From the NCBI GenBank assembly GCA_030867685.1, contig JAQOWU010000008.1:4278001-4342000 (forward strand): DNA of 64,000 nucleotides, given 5' to 3'. The translations under genes were made by a program, and so were the position numbers. Numbering within the stretch: the stretch's first letter is position 1; each line of letters begins with the position of its first letter. Shown in pieces: positions 54,405-64,000 of the stretch. The DNA is from Wickerhamiella versatilis (taxonomy: Eukaryota). The notes beneath the pieces are model-generated. The model saw nothing but the letters and a program-made list of their open reading frames with translations. It did not search any database and was not told where the DNA came from.

Positions 54405-55583
54405 ATGGATAAAGGAGCTGTGCTTAAATCACCAGGTAATGTTCTTAAAGACGTGGCTTTACCTGCTGCCGTAATTAATGAAGCAGCACTTGATTCCAAC
54501 ATAGCATGGATGCAGAAATTTGCCGATGATCATGGTGCGAGGCTAGCCCCCCATGGGAAGACAACAATGGCACCCGTTCTCTTTAAGCGCCAGTTGAATT
54601 CAGGGGCTTGGGGGATTACTGTTGCCACGGCAGTGCAGGCCTATGCTGCTTTTGAGCATGGAGTGCATCGAATTCTTATGGCCAATCAATTAGTTGGAGA
54701 ACCAAACATGACCATTATTGCCGATGCTATTTCTTCGGGGCTTGAATTTTACTGTTTTGTTGACAGTGTTGAGAATGTTGTACAACTGGGGAATTTTTTT
54801 GGTAAAAGAAAATCTTCTTTGAACGTATTAATAGAGCTTGGTATTGAAGGCGGGCGTTGTGGATGTCGTACGGCTGAGGAGGTTGAAGCACTTATCAATG
54901 CCATAGGCAGTCAAAAAAATCTCAATCTTGTTGGAATCGGGGGATATGAGGGACTTATCAGCAGCAGTAACGAGATAGAGGATGTCTCGGCCTATGGCAA
55001 AAGACTGGTGGAAACTGTTCGTGACCTCCGTAACAGTGGTATATTGAAGCAAAAAGATCCTCTTGTAACAGCTTCAGGTTCAAAATGGTTCGATATAATA
55101 GCTAAAGAGTTTCAGAAAGTGGGAGAGAATTATACGCCTGTGCACCGTCCGGGTTGCTATGTCGTGCACGACCACAGCCTATATGCTGGTGCAATGAAAG
55201 ACATAAAAACAAGGAACCCAAGCTTAGTTGGAGAGCTTGTCCCGGCACTTGAAGTATTAGCGTACGTTCAGTCAGTGCCCGAGCCTGGTCTTGCGATTGT
55301 TGCCTTAGGCAAGAGAGATATCGGAACGGTACCTGATATGCCAATTCCTTTGCGCCTGTATTCCCAGAAATTAGGAAAAGTGGCCGTGGAAGGTTTGAAG
55401 ACATTTAACATTATGGACCAACATACTTTTGTGCAAATTCCATCTTCTGGACCACCTGTCTCCGTAGGTGACGTAATTGCGTTTGGAACATCCCATCCCT
55501 GTTTGACTTTTGACAAGTGGCGCAATATGCTACTGGTCGATGATGATCTCAATATTATTCAAGAGATTAAGACTCTTTTCTAA
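54405..55583 (+). CDS. Fold-type III PLP dehydratase (D-serine/D-glucosaminate dehydratase-like), bacterial type
   Basis: LAPHGKTTM (PLP Lys), ILMANQLVG, GGRCGCR, GYEG, RPGCYVVHD, LGKRD, MDQH, SHPCLTFDKWR. Confidence 0.88.
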   Translation: MDKGAVLKSPGNVLKDVALPAAVINEAALDSNIAWMQKFADDHGARLAPHGKTTMAPVLFKRQLNSGAWGITVATAVQAYAAFEHGVHRILMANQLVGEPNMTIIADAISSGLEFYCFVDSVENVVQLGNFFGKRKSSLNVLIELGIEGGRCGCRTAEEVEALINAIGSQKNLNLVGIGGYEGLISSSNEIEDVSAYGKRLVETVRDLRNSGILKQKDPLVTASGSKWFDIIAKEFQKVGENYTPVHRPGCYVVHDHSLYAGAMKDIKTRNPSLVGELVPALEVLAYVQSVPEPGLAIVALGKRDIGTVPDMPIPLRLYSQKLGKVAVEGLKTFNIMDQHTFVQIPSSGPPVSVGDVIAFGTSHPCLTFDKWRNMLLVDDDLNIIQEIKTLF

Positions 55584-55824
55584 AAAGTGATCCAACGTAG
55601 TAGTTCATTGATTGTGAATCTTGATAATAATCGAAAACAGAGGCATTGCACTAGGGCATGGCCTCAAGCAGCTTTTACATTTTGTCGATTTTTTTGAAGT
55701 GTTCTGAATCATTGTGTAGGCTGGAATCTGCGATTCTCACGCATAGAAAATACTTTTAGTGCTGTATAATACTTTTTTATCTTGATAATCATCAATGAAC
55801 AGTCAGCAGATTTGAAACTCACCC

Positions 55825-57270
55825 ATGACAACCGATGCTCAGAATATAGGACAGATCACTACTCAACCTGAGCTACAGGAGGAAGCGCCTGAAGAAGTAA
55901 GTAGCCTCTTGGGGGCCTCAAGCACTAAAAGCGACAAGCTGGGATTCCACCATCTGATTCCACTATTTGTCGTTTTTGTGATGGCTGTCGCGAGCATGGC
56001 TATTTCTACAGCTGCAGGTTTTGACATCACCTTCCTTTTCATATGTAAGTTTTTTGGAACCGATGAGTCGAAGTGTTTTCGTGATCCTAATATAGGAAAT
56101 GTGGTCGCCAACTATACCTCAGTAATGACCTTTTGGCGAGGACTTGTAGCCCTTATTGTCAATACATATGTTGGCTACGTGAGCGACAAGATAGGTCGTA
56201 AACCTGTGCTCCTCGTGAGTATAATAATGAGTTCACTTAGCCGTGTATTGACATGGTACATCGTTTTTCATATGCAGAGGCCAAATACTTATTGGTGGTT
56301 AGCGCTACCCACCATCATTGACTTCTTGGGAGGCTCGACTCCAGTAGTTATTATGATGACGATATCATATATCACTGATTATATAGGAGATACGGCACGT
56401 CGAGCTAAAATGCTAGCCGTACAAGATGGATTGCTATACATCTCACTAGCAAGTGGTCCTATTTTGGGTTCATTGATGTTGAAGCATATATCTTTGCAAA
56501 AACTTTATATGGCCACTGCTATCATTGGGTTTTTGGCAGCCCTCTTGACGACCCTTTTCCTAACTGAAAGTCTTAGTGCCACATATAGGCAACGAAACTC
56601 TGAGATAAAGTACAATTTACTGAAGTCGATCAAACCTCTTTTCTTCAGCCACATAGAAGACCGTCGATCGAAAACCAACACGGTGCTTCTCCTTTTATGC
56701 ACTCTTGTAGGCACAGAGTTTACGATGTCTTTCTTTGTTGTACTTATGCTTTATCCCAAGCGTAGATTTGGTTGGTCTGCCATTGAAACAGGATATTTGC
56801 TCAGTATTATGTCTTCAACTGGGACAGTATGTCTTCTCGTCGGCTTTCCTGTCCTCTATTCGTTGCTAGCTCGAAACTGGGGAATCAGTCAAACAGGAGT
56901 AGATTCTGTAGATACAGTGTTATTCCGGGTATCTTTACTACTGAGTGCCAGCGGATATCTGCTATTTGGAAAAGCAAATACGAGCGGTGAATTTTACATG
57001 GCTGGAGCTCTCGAAGCAAGCGCAGCAATCGGAAGGCCTCTGTACAAAAGTTGCTTGCTAAAATATGTACCCCAAGGCCAGGCTGGTTCTTTCCTGGCAG
57101 CGTTTGCTCTATTAACGTCTATATCGGACATGTTTGTTCCTTCACTATTGGCGAAGCTTTTGGCGTGGTCATATTCATGGCGGCCTTCTTTGATATTTGA
57201 AGTAGTTTCATCAGTCTTTGCCGGAGTCTTTTTGCTCGCATTGCTTATAAGACCTGATAATACGGCGTGA
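55825..57270 (+). CDS. MFS transporter, fungal SLC46/YJL163C-like
   Basis: About 12 TM segments, GYVSDKIGRKPV motif A, SYITD, FLTESL. Confidence 0.85.
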   Translation: MTTDAQNIGQITTQPELQEEAPEEVSSLLGASSTKSDKLGFHHLIPLFVVFVMAVASMAISTAAGFDITFLFICKFFGTDESKCFRDPNIGNVVANYTSVMTFWRGLVALIVNTYVGYVSDKIGRKPVLLVSIIMSSLSRVLTWYIVFHMQRPNTYWWLALPTIIDFLGGSTPVVIMMTISYITDYIGDTARRAKMLAVQDGLLYISLASGPILGSLMLKHISLQKLYMATAIIGFLAALLTTLFLTESLSATYRQRNSEIKYNLLKSIKPLFFSHIEDRRSKTNTVLLLLCTLVGTEFTMSFFVVLMLYPKRRFGWSAIETGYLLSIMSSTGTVCLLVGFPVLYSLLARNWGISQTGVDSVDTVLFRVSLLLSASGYLLFGKANTSGEFYMAGALEASAAIGRPLYKSCLLKYVPQGQAGSFLAAFALLTSISDMFVPSLLAKLLAWSYSWRPSLIFEVVSSVFAGVFLLALLIRPDNTA

Positions 57271-57810
57271 GAACAGAGCATGGGTATTGTCTTCAATGGC
57301 AGCCTAGTAGCAGTCTATGATTCCATGCCACCTTTTCTAGAAAAATTAGATTAGTTGTAATGTGTTAAGGTATTACTGGGGTCTCACGAGACCCTAATTG
57401 AAAATATATATATATATAGTAGTAGTATACCCTGCTCTTATAATTTTATTCAAACGACCTATGTCATCCTGAGGTTTCTAGCATGCAGTGATCGAGTCTT
57501 ATGCGCAGCTAACTGGTTTCATCTAACACATTTGTATACGTATAACAGGACATATACTTACTATACTTTCTATGGCAACATTTTGCGAAATATCAGTATT
57601 CCTATAAATTTGAGCCTCGAGCCCTCCATACGAACTACCCCACCACGTGCGCATATGACTTTGTTCTGAGAGATAAGCCTCTTAAATAATTGAGGATTTC
57701 CACAATCCAGTAATTTGAAGTAAGCTTCATTTCACTATCTAGTGAATAATATATATATGCATTATAAAATGATGCTAGCTAATAAATTCTGCATCGTACA
57801 ATGAAATAAC

Positions 57811-59373
57811 TCATACAATCGATTCTCCTGTCCGGACCTTTTCAACATCTTTCTCGCCATCCTCCGACTCATCTTCAATATATGGTGATTTTGGAGGCTG
57901 AGGGGCCAGCTTGACGACTTTTCCTTCACTCCACTCTAATGCAGTAAAGATTATGGTCAATATAAGCGCTGTTCCAGCAAGCGCTATGCCAAAATAAAGA
58001 GCTGCTCTAAAAGACTTCAATTGATCATTAGGCCACCTTTTTTGACATTCAACCTCCACTACAGTTGAGAGACCCAGAAAGAAGGAGTTCGAATAATTTA
58101 CAATTGTATTTATGAGCGACCCTGCCATTCCCTGATATTCGTAAGGCAAATGCTCGCTCAAAATGATAGAGCCGGAGGGAAATGATGTATCAGTTGAAAT
58201 AGTTGATAAAATCCAAGTGGGGAATGTTAAAGCCCAATATGTTTGATTGACAGGTGTCACAGCCTGCATGATACATGCTCCTACAAAGCATAGCATAGAG
58301 AATATGAGCACGAAGTGTATCGGAACGTGACGGATTGCATATCCGCAAGCAATGGCGGCAAGGCATCCAAACAGCAGGGCATGTGCCTGTGAAGCTCCCA
58401 TTTCTAAAGGATTGTAATGACGGAAATCTTCGAGGAATGTAAAGTAATGAAAGAAAAGTACACCATAAGACCCCCACGCTAGGCTTTTTGCCAGAACTAG
58501 GAGAAGAAGACGTGGAGACTTGAGCAATGCAGCAGGTAAAAGGGGAAATTTGGGAAAACGGGTTTCGTAAAATGCGAACAAAGCTAATACGACGACGGAA
58601 ATAACTAAAAGTGCAATCACATATGGTGTTTTCCATCCAACAAGAGGAGCTTGATTGACGCAAAAGTCTAGAAGAACCAATCCGATGACACTCATCGCAC
58701 ATCCAGCCCAATCAACATTTTTTTCCGAATCTCTTTGAAGATGAACATTTGGCACTGACCACCAGGCAAGGCTCATGGCTATTCCCATCGCTATAGCCGC
58801 GGCAAAATAAGTCCAGCAAAAGTATTTTGTCTCTTCTGTTATGATACCGCTAAAAAGTACTCCACAAGCGCCACCCAATGGCGCGCCCATTCCAATTAGT
58901 GCAAAAACCATGTTTTTACGATGTGTTCCTGGCTGGTAAATTCGACCCACAATTCCCATAAGGTTGGGGAGCACAAAAGCAAGTCCGGCACCCTGTAGTG
59001 CCCTAGCAACGATGTAGAATTCCACGCTATTCACCCAGTATGACGCACCGACTAGGATTGTCCATATTGTAGCCCATCCATAACCCCATAGAGCAGTTGG
59101 CTTCAACCCGAAAACATCTCCAATCCGACCGCTAACCAAGATCAATGCACCAGCGCTTAGAGAAAAGCTGGCTTGGAACCAATTTCTCTCAAGACTAGAT
59201 GCCCCGTAATGGTTCGTGATTGCTTTCAGCTGTACAAGGGGGGAGGTTGTGTTAGCCAAAGTAAATACTTGAGACATAAAAGCCGAAGCGATAAACACAT
59301 ATTCAAGCCATGGGTGCTGGCAAAAGAAACTAGGATCTGTGAAGCGTTCTGAGAGAACTTCGCTCGATATCAT
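57811..59373 (-). CDS. DHA2 drug:H+ antiporter, Atr1-like
   Basis: WFQASFSL..G..ILVSGRIGDVFG, RALQG.G.A..LPN, NQAPLVGW, QGMAGSLINT. Confidence 0.88.
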   Translation of the reverse strand: MISSEVLSERFTDPSFFCQHPWLEYVFIASAFMSQVFTLANTTSPLVQLKAITNHYGASSLERNWFQASFSLSAGALILVSGRIGDVFGLKPTALWGYGWATIWTILVGASYWVNSVEFYIVARALQGAGLAFVLPNLMGIVGRIYQPGTHRKNMVFALIGMGAPLGGACGVLFSGIITEETKYFCWTYFAAAIAMGIAMSLAWWSVPNVHLQRDSEKNVDWAGCAMSVIGLVLLDFCVNQAPLVGWKTPYVIALLVISVVVLALFAFYETRFPKFPLLPAALLKSPRLLLLVLAKSLAWGSYGVLFFHYFTFLEDFRHYNPLEMGASQAHALLFGCLAAIACGYAIRHVPIHFVLIFSMLCFVGACIMQAVTPVNQTYWALTFPTWILSTISTDTSFPSGSIILSEHLPYEYQGMAGSLINTIVNYSNSFFLGLSTVVEVECQKRWPNDQLKSFRAALYFGIALAGTALILTIIFTALEWSEGKVVKLAPQPPKSPYIEDESEDGEKDVEKVRTGESIV

Positions 59374-61108
59374 ATCTCACTACTGGCCTTGGCAAGCGCG
59401 AAGGAAGAGATTTTCACGCTTCATATCTTATTCAAAGTGTGGCTCTGACCTGATTAATTTATCCGAGATCCACATCCCTTGAAACTATCAATCTCTAAGC
59501 CACTTGGATTCATACCTTTCGAGGGAAATTGTATTGTTTATAGCCCCGTAGGAATAATTTATACTTCGTTAAATTCTTCTTTAGTACCAATATTTGTGCC
59601 AGCACACGTTATCTTAGGCCGATATTCGCTTTTATGTAATAACGGTCACCGCCACTTCATGGTAAGGGTTTGAAACGTCAATCATTTCAGTATCTTCAAA
59701 GTGTAGATCCAGTACATGTCCGACAGATCCTCTTTCCAATAAGGAGCTCCATATCATTTTGCTGCAATGCTTTTGTTTAGAGCTTCGAACTATTCTTTCG
59801 GGCGTTCGCTTCTTATATATGTTTGTACGTCAATTTGATATGAACGCGTTCCTGCTCCTCTCAGTCAGGCATAGATTCCAAGCATAAGATAGACGGATGA
59901 TTTCGCAGTTTCCATCTGGACTCAAATTTTTGGAATTTTTTTTCCCACCGCAATTGCCCCCCGGTCCGCTTAATGCCTCGCGTTGGATCGTACGTACATC
60001 TTATGCGAAAATCACGCCACGGTTGATTCTATTTCTGTAGATCATGCCAGATATGTACATATGTGTTCGTTTTAAATGCTATAATCTTATTGGGGGGTAT
60101 TCCATGACAAGGTTTGGTATAGTAGAGCAATCGAGAACGTTGGACAGCTCTCCCATATCGAGATTTGCTGCATATGCGTTAGTAATCTCGAATTATTCCA
60201 GGCTTCGTGCAACGTTTAAAAATGGATGCGATGAGTAATGAGTGTCTAGGAGCCTTGGTATCCGCCCATTAGGATTTTATTTGCTGTGATATCATTGGGG
60301 TACGTGTATGGCCTATGAGATGTTTGTGGAAGGACAGTGATATCTCACATACGAGCTAATAGCCCATTTGTTCAAAGTTAAGCAACCTTGTCCCATGCCT
60401 CGGTCAGCATTTCGTGTCAATGCGCTTCGCTTGCTCTTCTATACATGCCTAAATAGCCTTCATTGAGACTGATCGGGTATCAGGTGTGATTATTGTCGAC
60501 TTTCTTACATAGCGTTTTACCATGTGATAACCTGTTTTCATTTCATATTTGTGCGCAGTATTAATTTATCATTTTGGGTTCGCCTCCTAAAAAGTCTACT
60601 GGGTGTATGCGTCCAATCTCACATGCTAGGATGATCAATTCTCGAAAGCCAATATTCAGGTACTGCGTATTGTTGTCCATGTTGTTTAAAATCATCCCTT
60701 CCGTGATTTGCAATTATACTTGTACGAATTCTCCTGGAATTTGGTATTTAATCGTATCTCTATGTTTATTTTGTTCAGATTTTGGAACCTATTTGGAAAT
60801 ATAAGGTGATAGTAATGTTCTAGTATATTATTTAGGTCATTACTAGTCGTATGATGTCTTTTTTCTTATGCCCATTGTGACATTGAAGATGAATCAGCTT
60901 AATATTTGTTTGTTACCTTCTGCCTGGCTGCATGGAATATATCTTTCAAGTCTTATTATTATATGCTTGCGTCATTGCTCTTTGTTAAGGATTACATTAG
61001 ATTATTTCTGTGATCTACGAGTGACTTTGCGATCTTATGGTGTCGAATCAAGGACTATAATATATATAGGGGGTTAAAACAAGTCGCTAATAAAAATGAT
61101 TTTACGGT

Positions 61109-62716
61109 TTATTGAAGAGGAAAGTCCACAGTGTGGTTCCTATTGAGCGAGCAAGTATCAATTTCTGCACCATCATACGATCGGAAGAACCTGACAGTTA
61201 ACCTAGAATCACTTTCGATATCCACGCGGGCAACTGCATAATGGTCTGCATCCCCCCACTCGAAGCCTTTTGTGGTACCGGATTCAAACGAAGATATCGA
61301 GGATTGCCCTTCGATATTTCCAGCCCCTCCAGCAACAATGTACATCGGAGCTTTAGGATTATCGTACCCTGCTTGATCAGGAGAGCCCTTGTACATAGGC
61401 TTGAAGCGCTGCGAGTTGTGCTCGTGACCGAAAATTGCCAAATCTACACCGTACTCGTAGAATAAATCTTCGAATGCAGCCTGGCATTCATGGCAAGAAA
61501 CCAATGAGCTAGATGCAGTGTACCAAGGCCTGTGGCCACCTACAATGACCCAAGGAGTAACACTTCGATCAACAGAAGCAAGATCTGCCTTCAGCCAATC
61601 GATTTGCTGCCCATTGTAACCAAATGGACCTTCGCTAAGCAGATATCCATCGATCGAGAGAGTTCCTATTTGATCCGGGGCATTTGGAAAATCAGTCTCA
61701 GTGTTTATAGAAATGTAATGGACCAAGCCATAGTCAAAAGAATACCACATCGGAGGGACTGCCAAGTCACGTGCATGACTGCGAAGATCATTCGCCGTCT
61801 TGTTTTTTGATGGTCCCTCAGTACCAGATGGCATGATGTTAGTGAACCGAGTGATAAAATCGGTAAAGTTATATTGGCCTCTCGGACACAATTCACTAAC
61901 AAACGGCACTTCATTACACGAAGCCTCATGGTTGCCTGGACCAACCATATAGGGCTTTGAGCCCGACACTGGCGAAAGCTGGTCGTAGAACTGTTCCAAT
62001 ATGGCTTCGTACGAATCTGGACCAGCAAAAAAGTCATTGGGATTCAAATACCAGTCATCGGCGTAGCCAAAATCACCTGGATGGACGACAAACTCATACG
62101 AGTCAGCAAGAGATAGCAAACGCTCCACACTTGGATGATCTTGAGAGGGCGCATTGTTAGAGGTGTTTTTAAAGCCGTCTGTGCCAAAGAGTCCCATATC
62201 AATTGCGACGGCAAAATTAAATGGCGTGTTATCTCCAGCTGTGCGACCACTCGTAAAGCTGCCAATAGTGCTATTGCTCGATTGAACCTTGTAATAGTAT
62301 TTCGTCGATGGCTGCAAACCAGTGAGTTCCACAGAGCTGTACCATACTCGTGAAGTGGCATAACTTATGGAACCATTATCCGAACATGCAGTTGAGTTCA
62401 GATTATCCTCCTCCGTGCCATAGGACACACATGGTCTCTGATACTGTTCAAAGGAGCTCCAGCCGATGTTCATCGATGATGGGGATGAGAACCCGAGCCG
62501 TAGGCCTACAGGGGTTGAAGGGTCAGATGGACGCTGCGGCCACACACTTTTACCATCATAAGACGCAGAATCATTACCAATTGATGGCGTTGCCTGTGGA
62601 TAGAATGCTGTTGACGCGTCATATGGCGTTATGAGGGATACCGTAGCGAAAATAGCGCCGCAGCTTTTGGCCATTAATATGAAAAATAGCGGTGAGAACC
62701 AAAAAATGAACGCCAT
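61109..62716 (-). CDS. Secreted purple acid phosphatase
   Basis: Signal-like N-terminus, FN3-like domain, metal motifs DMG, GDFGY, GNHE, GHRP and GHEH. Confidence 0.92.
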   Translation of the reverse strand: MAFIFWFSPLFFILMAKSCGAIFATVSLITPYDASTAFYPQATPSIGNDSASYDGKSVWPQRPSDPSTPVGLRLGFSSPSSMNIGWSSFEQYQRPCVSYGTEEDNLNSTACSDNGSISYATSRVWYSSVELTGLQPSTKYYYKVQSSNSTIGSFTSGRTAGDNTPFNFAVAIDMGLFGTDGFKNTSNNAPSQDHPSVERLLSLADSYEFVVHPGDFGYADDWYLNPNDFFAGPDSYEAILEQFYDQLSPVSGSKPYMVGPGNHEASCNEVPFVSELCPRGQYNFTDFITRFTNIMPSGTEGPSKNKTANDLRSHARDLAVPPMWYSFDYGLVHYISINTETDFPNAPDQIGTLSIDGYLLSEGPFGYNGQQIDWLKADLASVDRSVTPWVIVGGHRPWYTASSSLVSCHECQAAFEDLFYEYGVDLAIFGHEHNSQRFKPMYKGSPDQAGYDNPKAPMYIVAGGAGNIEGQSSISSFESGTTKGFEWGDADHYAVARVDIESDSRLTVRFFRSYDGAEIDTCSLNRNHTVDFPLQ

Positions 62717-63020
62717 ATTGCAAACGGATTAAATTTAGAGCTAAAAAAAGAGAGATGGAGGGTAATAAGACTATTTAAATATACCTAGGAATTTGAAGGG
62801 TCGGTCTTTCTTACTAACCAAGAAGATACCAGGGAGTCGATTGACGACTGGTTATAATTAACATCATATATAAGAAGGGAGTTATTAATGCCAGATAGGA
62901 AGGGTAGCAATCTATATTACCAAAAGTCAATATGATATCTACAGCAAGCACTAACATATAGAAAAAAATGTCGCGTTGTTTTCCCAAGATGCAGTGATCA
63001 GCACATGACAAAGGCGGTAC

Positions 63021-63036
63021 CACGTGGGACACGTGG
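63021..63036. promoter_or_regulatory. Tandem Pho4-type E-boxes upstream of the acid phosphatase
   Basis: CACGTGGGACACGTGG, about 305 bp upstream of ATG 62716. Confidence 0.6.
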
Positions 63037-64000
63037 ATCAGCCACTCCCGATCAACACAATGAACTTAACTGGGAATGAAGCCGATCTCATTGGTTAAAC
63101 GAGCTCGAGTCAAACACCCAAGTAACTGTATTTTAGTCGCTAAGATATACCTAGCAAATGACCGTCAATTTTTTAGACAGGTAGGTTATGGTCATCAGAT
63201 ATGGGTAGTGGCAAAAATAGGTGAATCCAGCAAGAGTATTGTTATTATATTGATTTCCTAGGATCGGAGAGGAGAAAACACAAATTTGAGCTATAGAATT
63301 CCTATGAACGAGTCCTTGCAAAAAACGTACCAGTAACTGAAAGTCATTTAAGCTAGTACGAAATTATCACAGCTCACAGGCTCAGGATGAGTTTCTTTAT
63401 GTTGACAAGAGGGGGTTGGTGTAAGAAGCAGCAAAAAGAACATATGTACGTATCTGCATGATAGCTGAAAGTGCAAGCTAGAAGAACTATAAACTCGATC
63501 GATTATGTTGAATTGAAGCCCATAAAAAGTATAAACCAAGGCCTAGGATATCGTAATAATTGTGAATTTAGAAATTTGTCAAATATTTTCAAGGTAATCT
63601 AGTAATTTTCCAGAAGTAATCATGGTAGCAGCATCATGACTTGTCATTCCCCTTCCAAGCTATATGCCGGTCGACACGCTCATTGTGTTCTCCGTCAGCC
63701 CATTCCGCCCCACATGCCCAGGGGATAGGGATAGGGGAGTTAATAACAGCCCCATAGTGCCTTTCTATTACTCCCCTTACCTCTCTTCCACTGTGATCAG
63801 CATACAATATAATTTTGCGAATAGTTGAGAAATTAGTTTATCATAATTGTGGATGAAGCAGACATATGAAATAATTTCTGAGCATCGAGAGCCCCCTTTC
63901 CCCTATTTAACCTAAATATTGTCAAATTCTGTAGAAAGAGCACTCTTTGGGACAGTACTCACGTGTGTATGTTTCAATGCCAGACCATACCGGGTAATAG

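Noticed and set aside
49636-55583. Intact bacterial operon or bacterial contamination
   Set aside because: Genes are on both strands and interleaved with fungal-type genes, with yeast-like spacers and no evident Shine-Dalgarno coupling
59374-61108. Short ORFs, LTR or tRNA in the long spacer
   Set aside because: No coding signature, terminal repeats or A/B-box cloverleaf seen

Overview
Gene-dense fungal DNA from a budding yeast (Saccharomycotina), with about 40 apparently intronless CDSs. The compaction, lack of coding introns and several bacterial-type genes suggest the Wickerhamiella/Starmerella clade (inference). Bases 1-38.4 kb are tightly packed housekeeping genes: ARC15, SAL1, an Eap1-like eIF4E binder, ARG5,6, an F-box protein, FIS1, TAD1, RTF1, BOL1, RPL14, MRP13-like, MET14, DID4, GSK3, VPS68, CAF16, ERG3, ALF1, LSM7, MCM10, GT8 and RAT1. 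Bases 38.6-64 kb are accessory, with longer spacers: an ABCC transporter, GT34, GPI wall proteins, D-amino acid oxidase, three MFS transporters, TenA, GH36, a PLP dehydratase and a purple acid phosphatase. Main highlights: (1) TAD1 has no usable ATG and its frame overlaps the FIS1 stop codon, implying non-AUG reinitiation or a spliced/frameshifted FIS1-TAD1 product. (2) A 48-55.6 kb island holds three bacterial-type genes (YbjJ-like MFS, TenA_E, D-glucosaminate/D-serine dehydratase-like) beside a D-amino acid oxidase, and a fourth bacterial-type serine hydrolase lies at 20 kb. (3) One head-to-head gene pair has only 12 bp between start codons. (4) A telobox-like GGGYTAGG motif recurs in intergenic DNA. 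I recognised no tRNA, rRNA, transposon or CRISPR array. All family calls come from motif recognition, not database searches.
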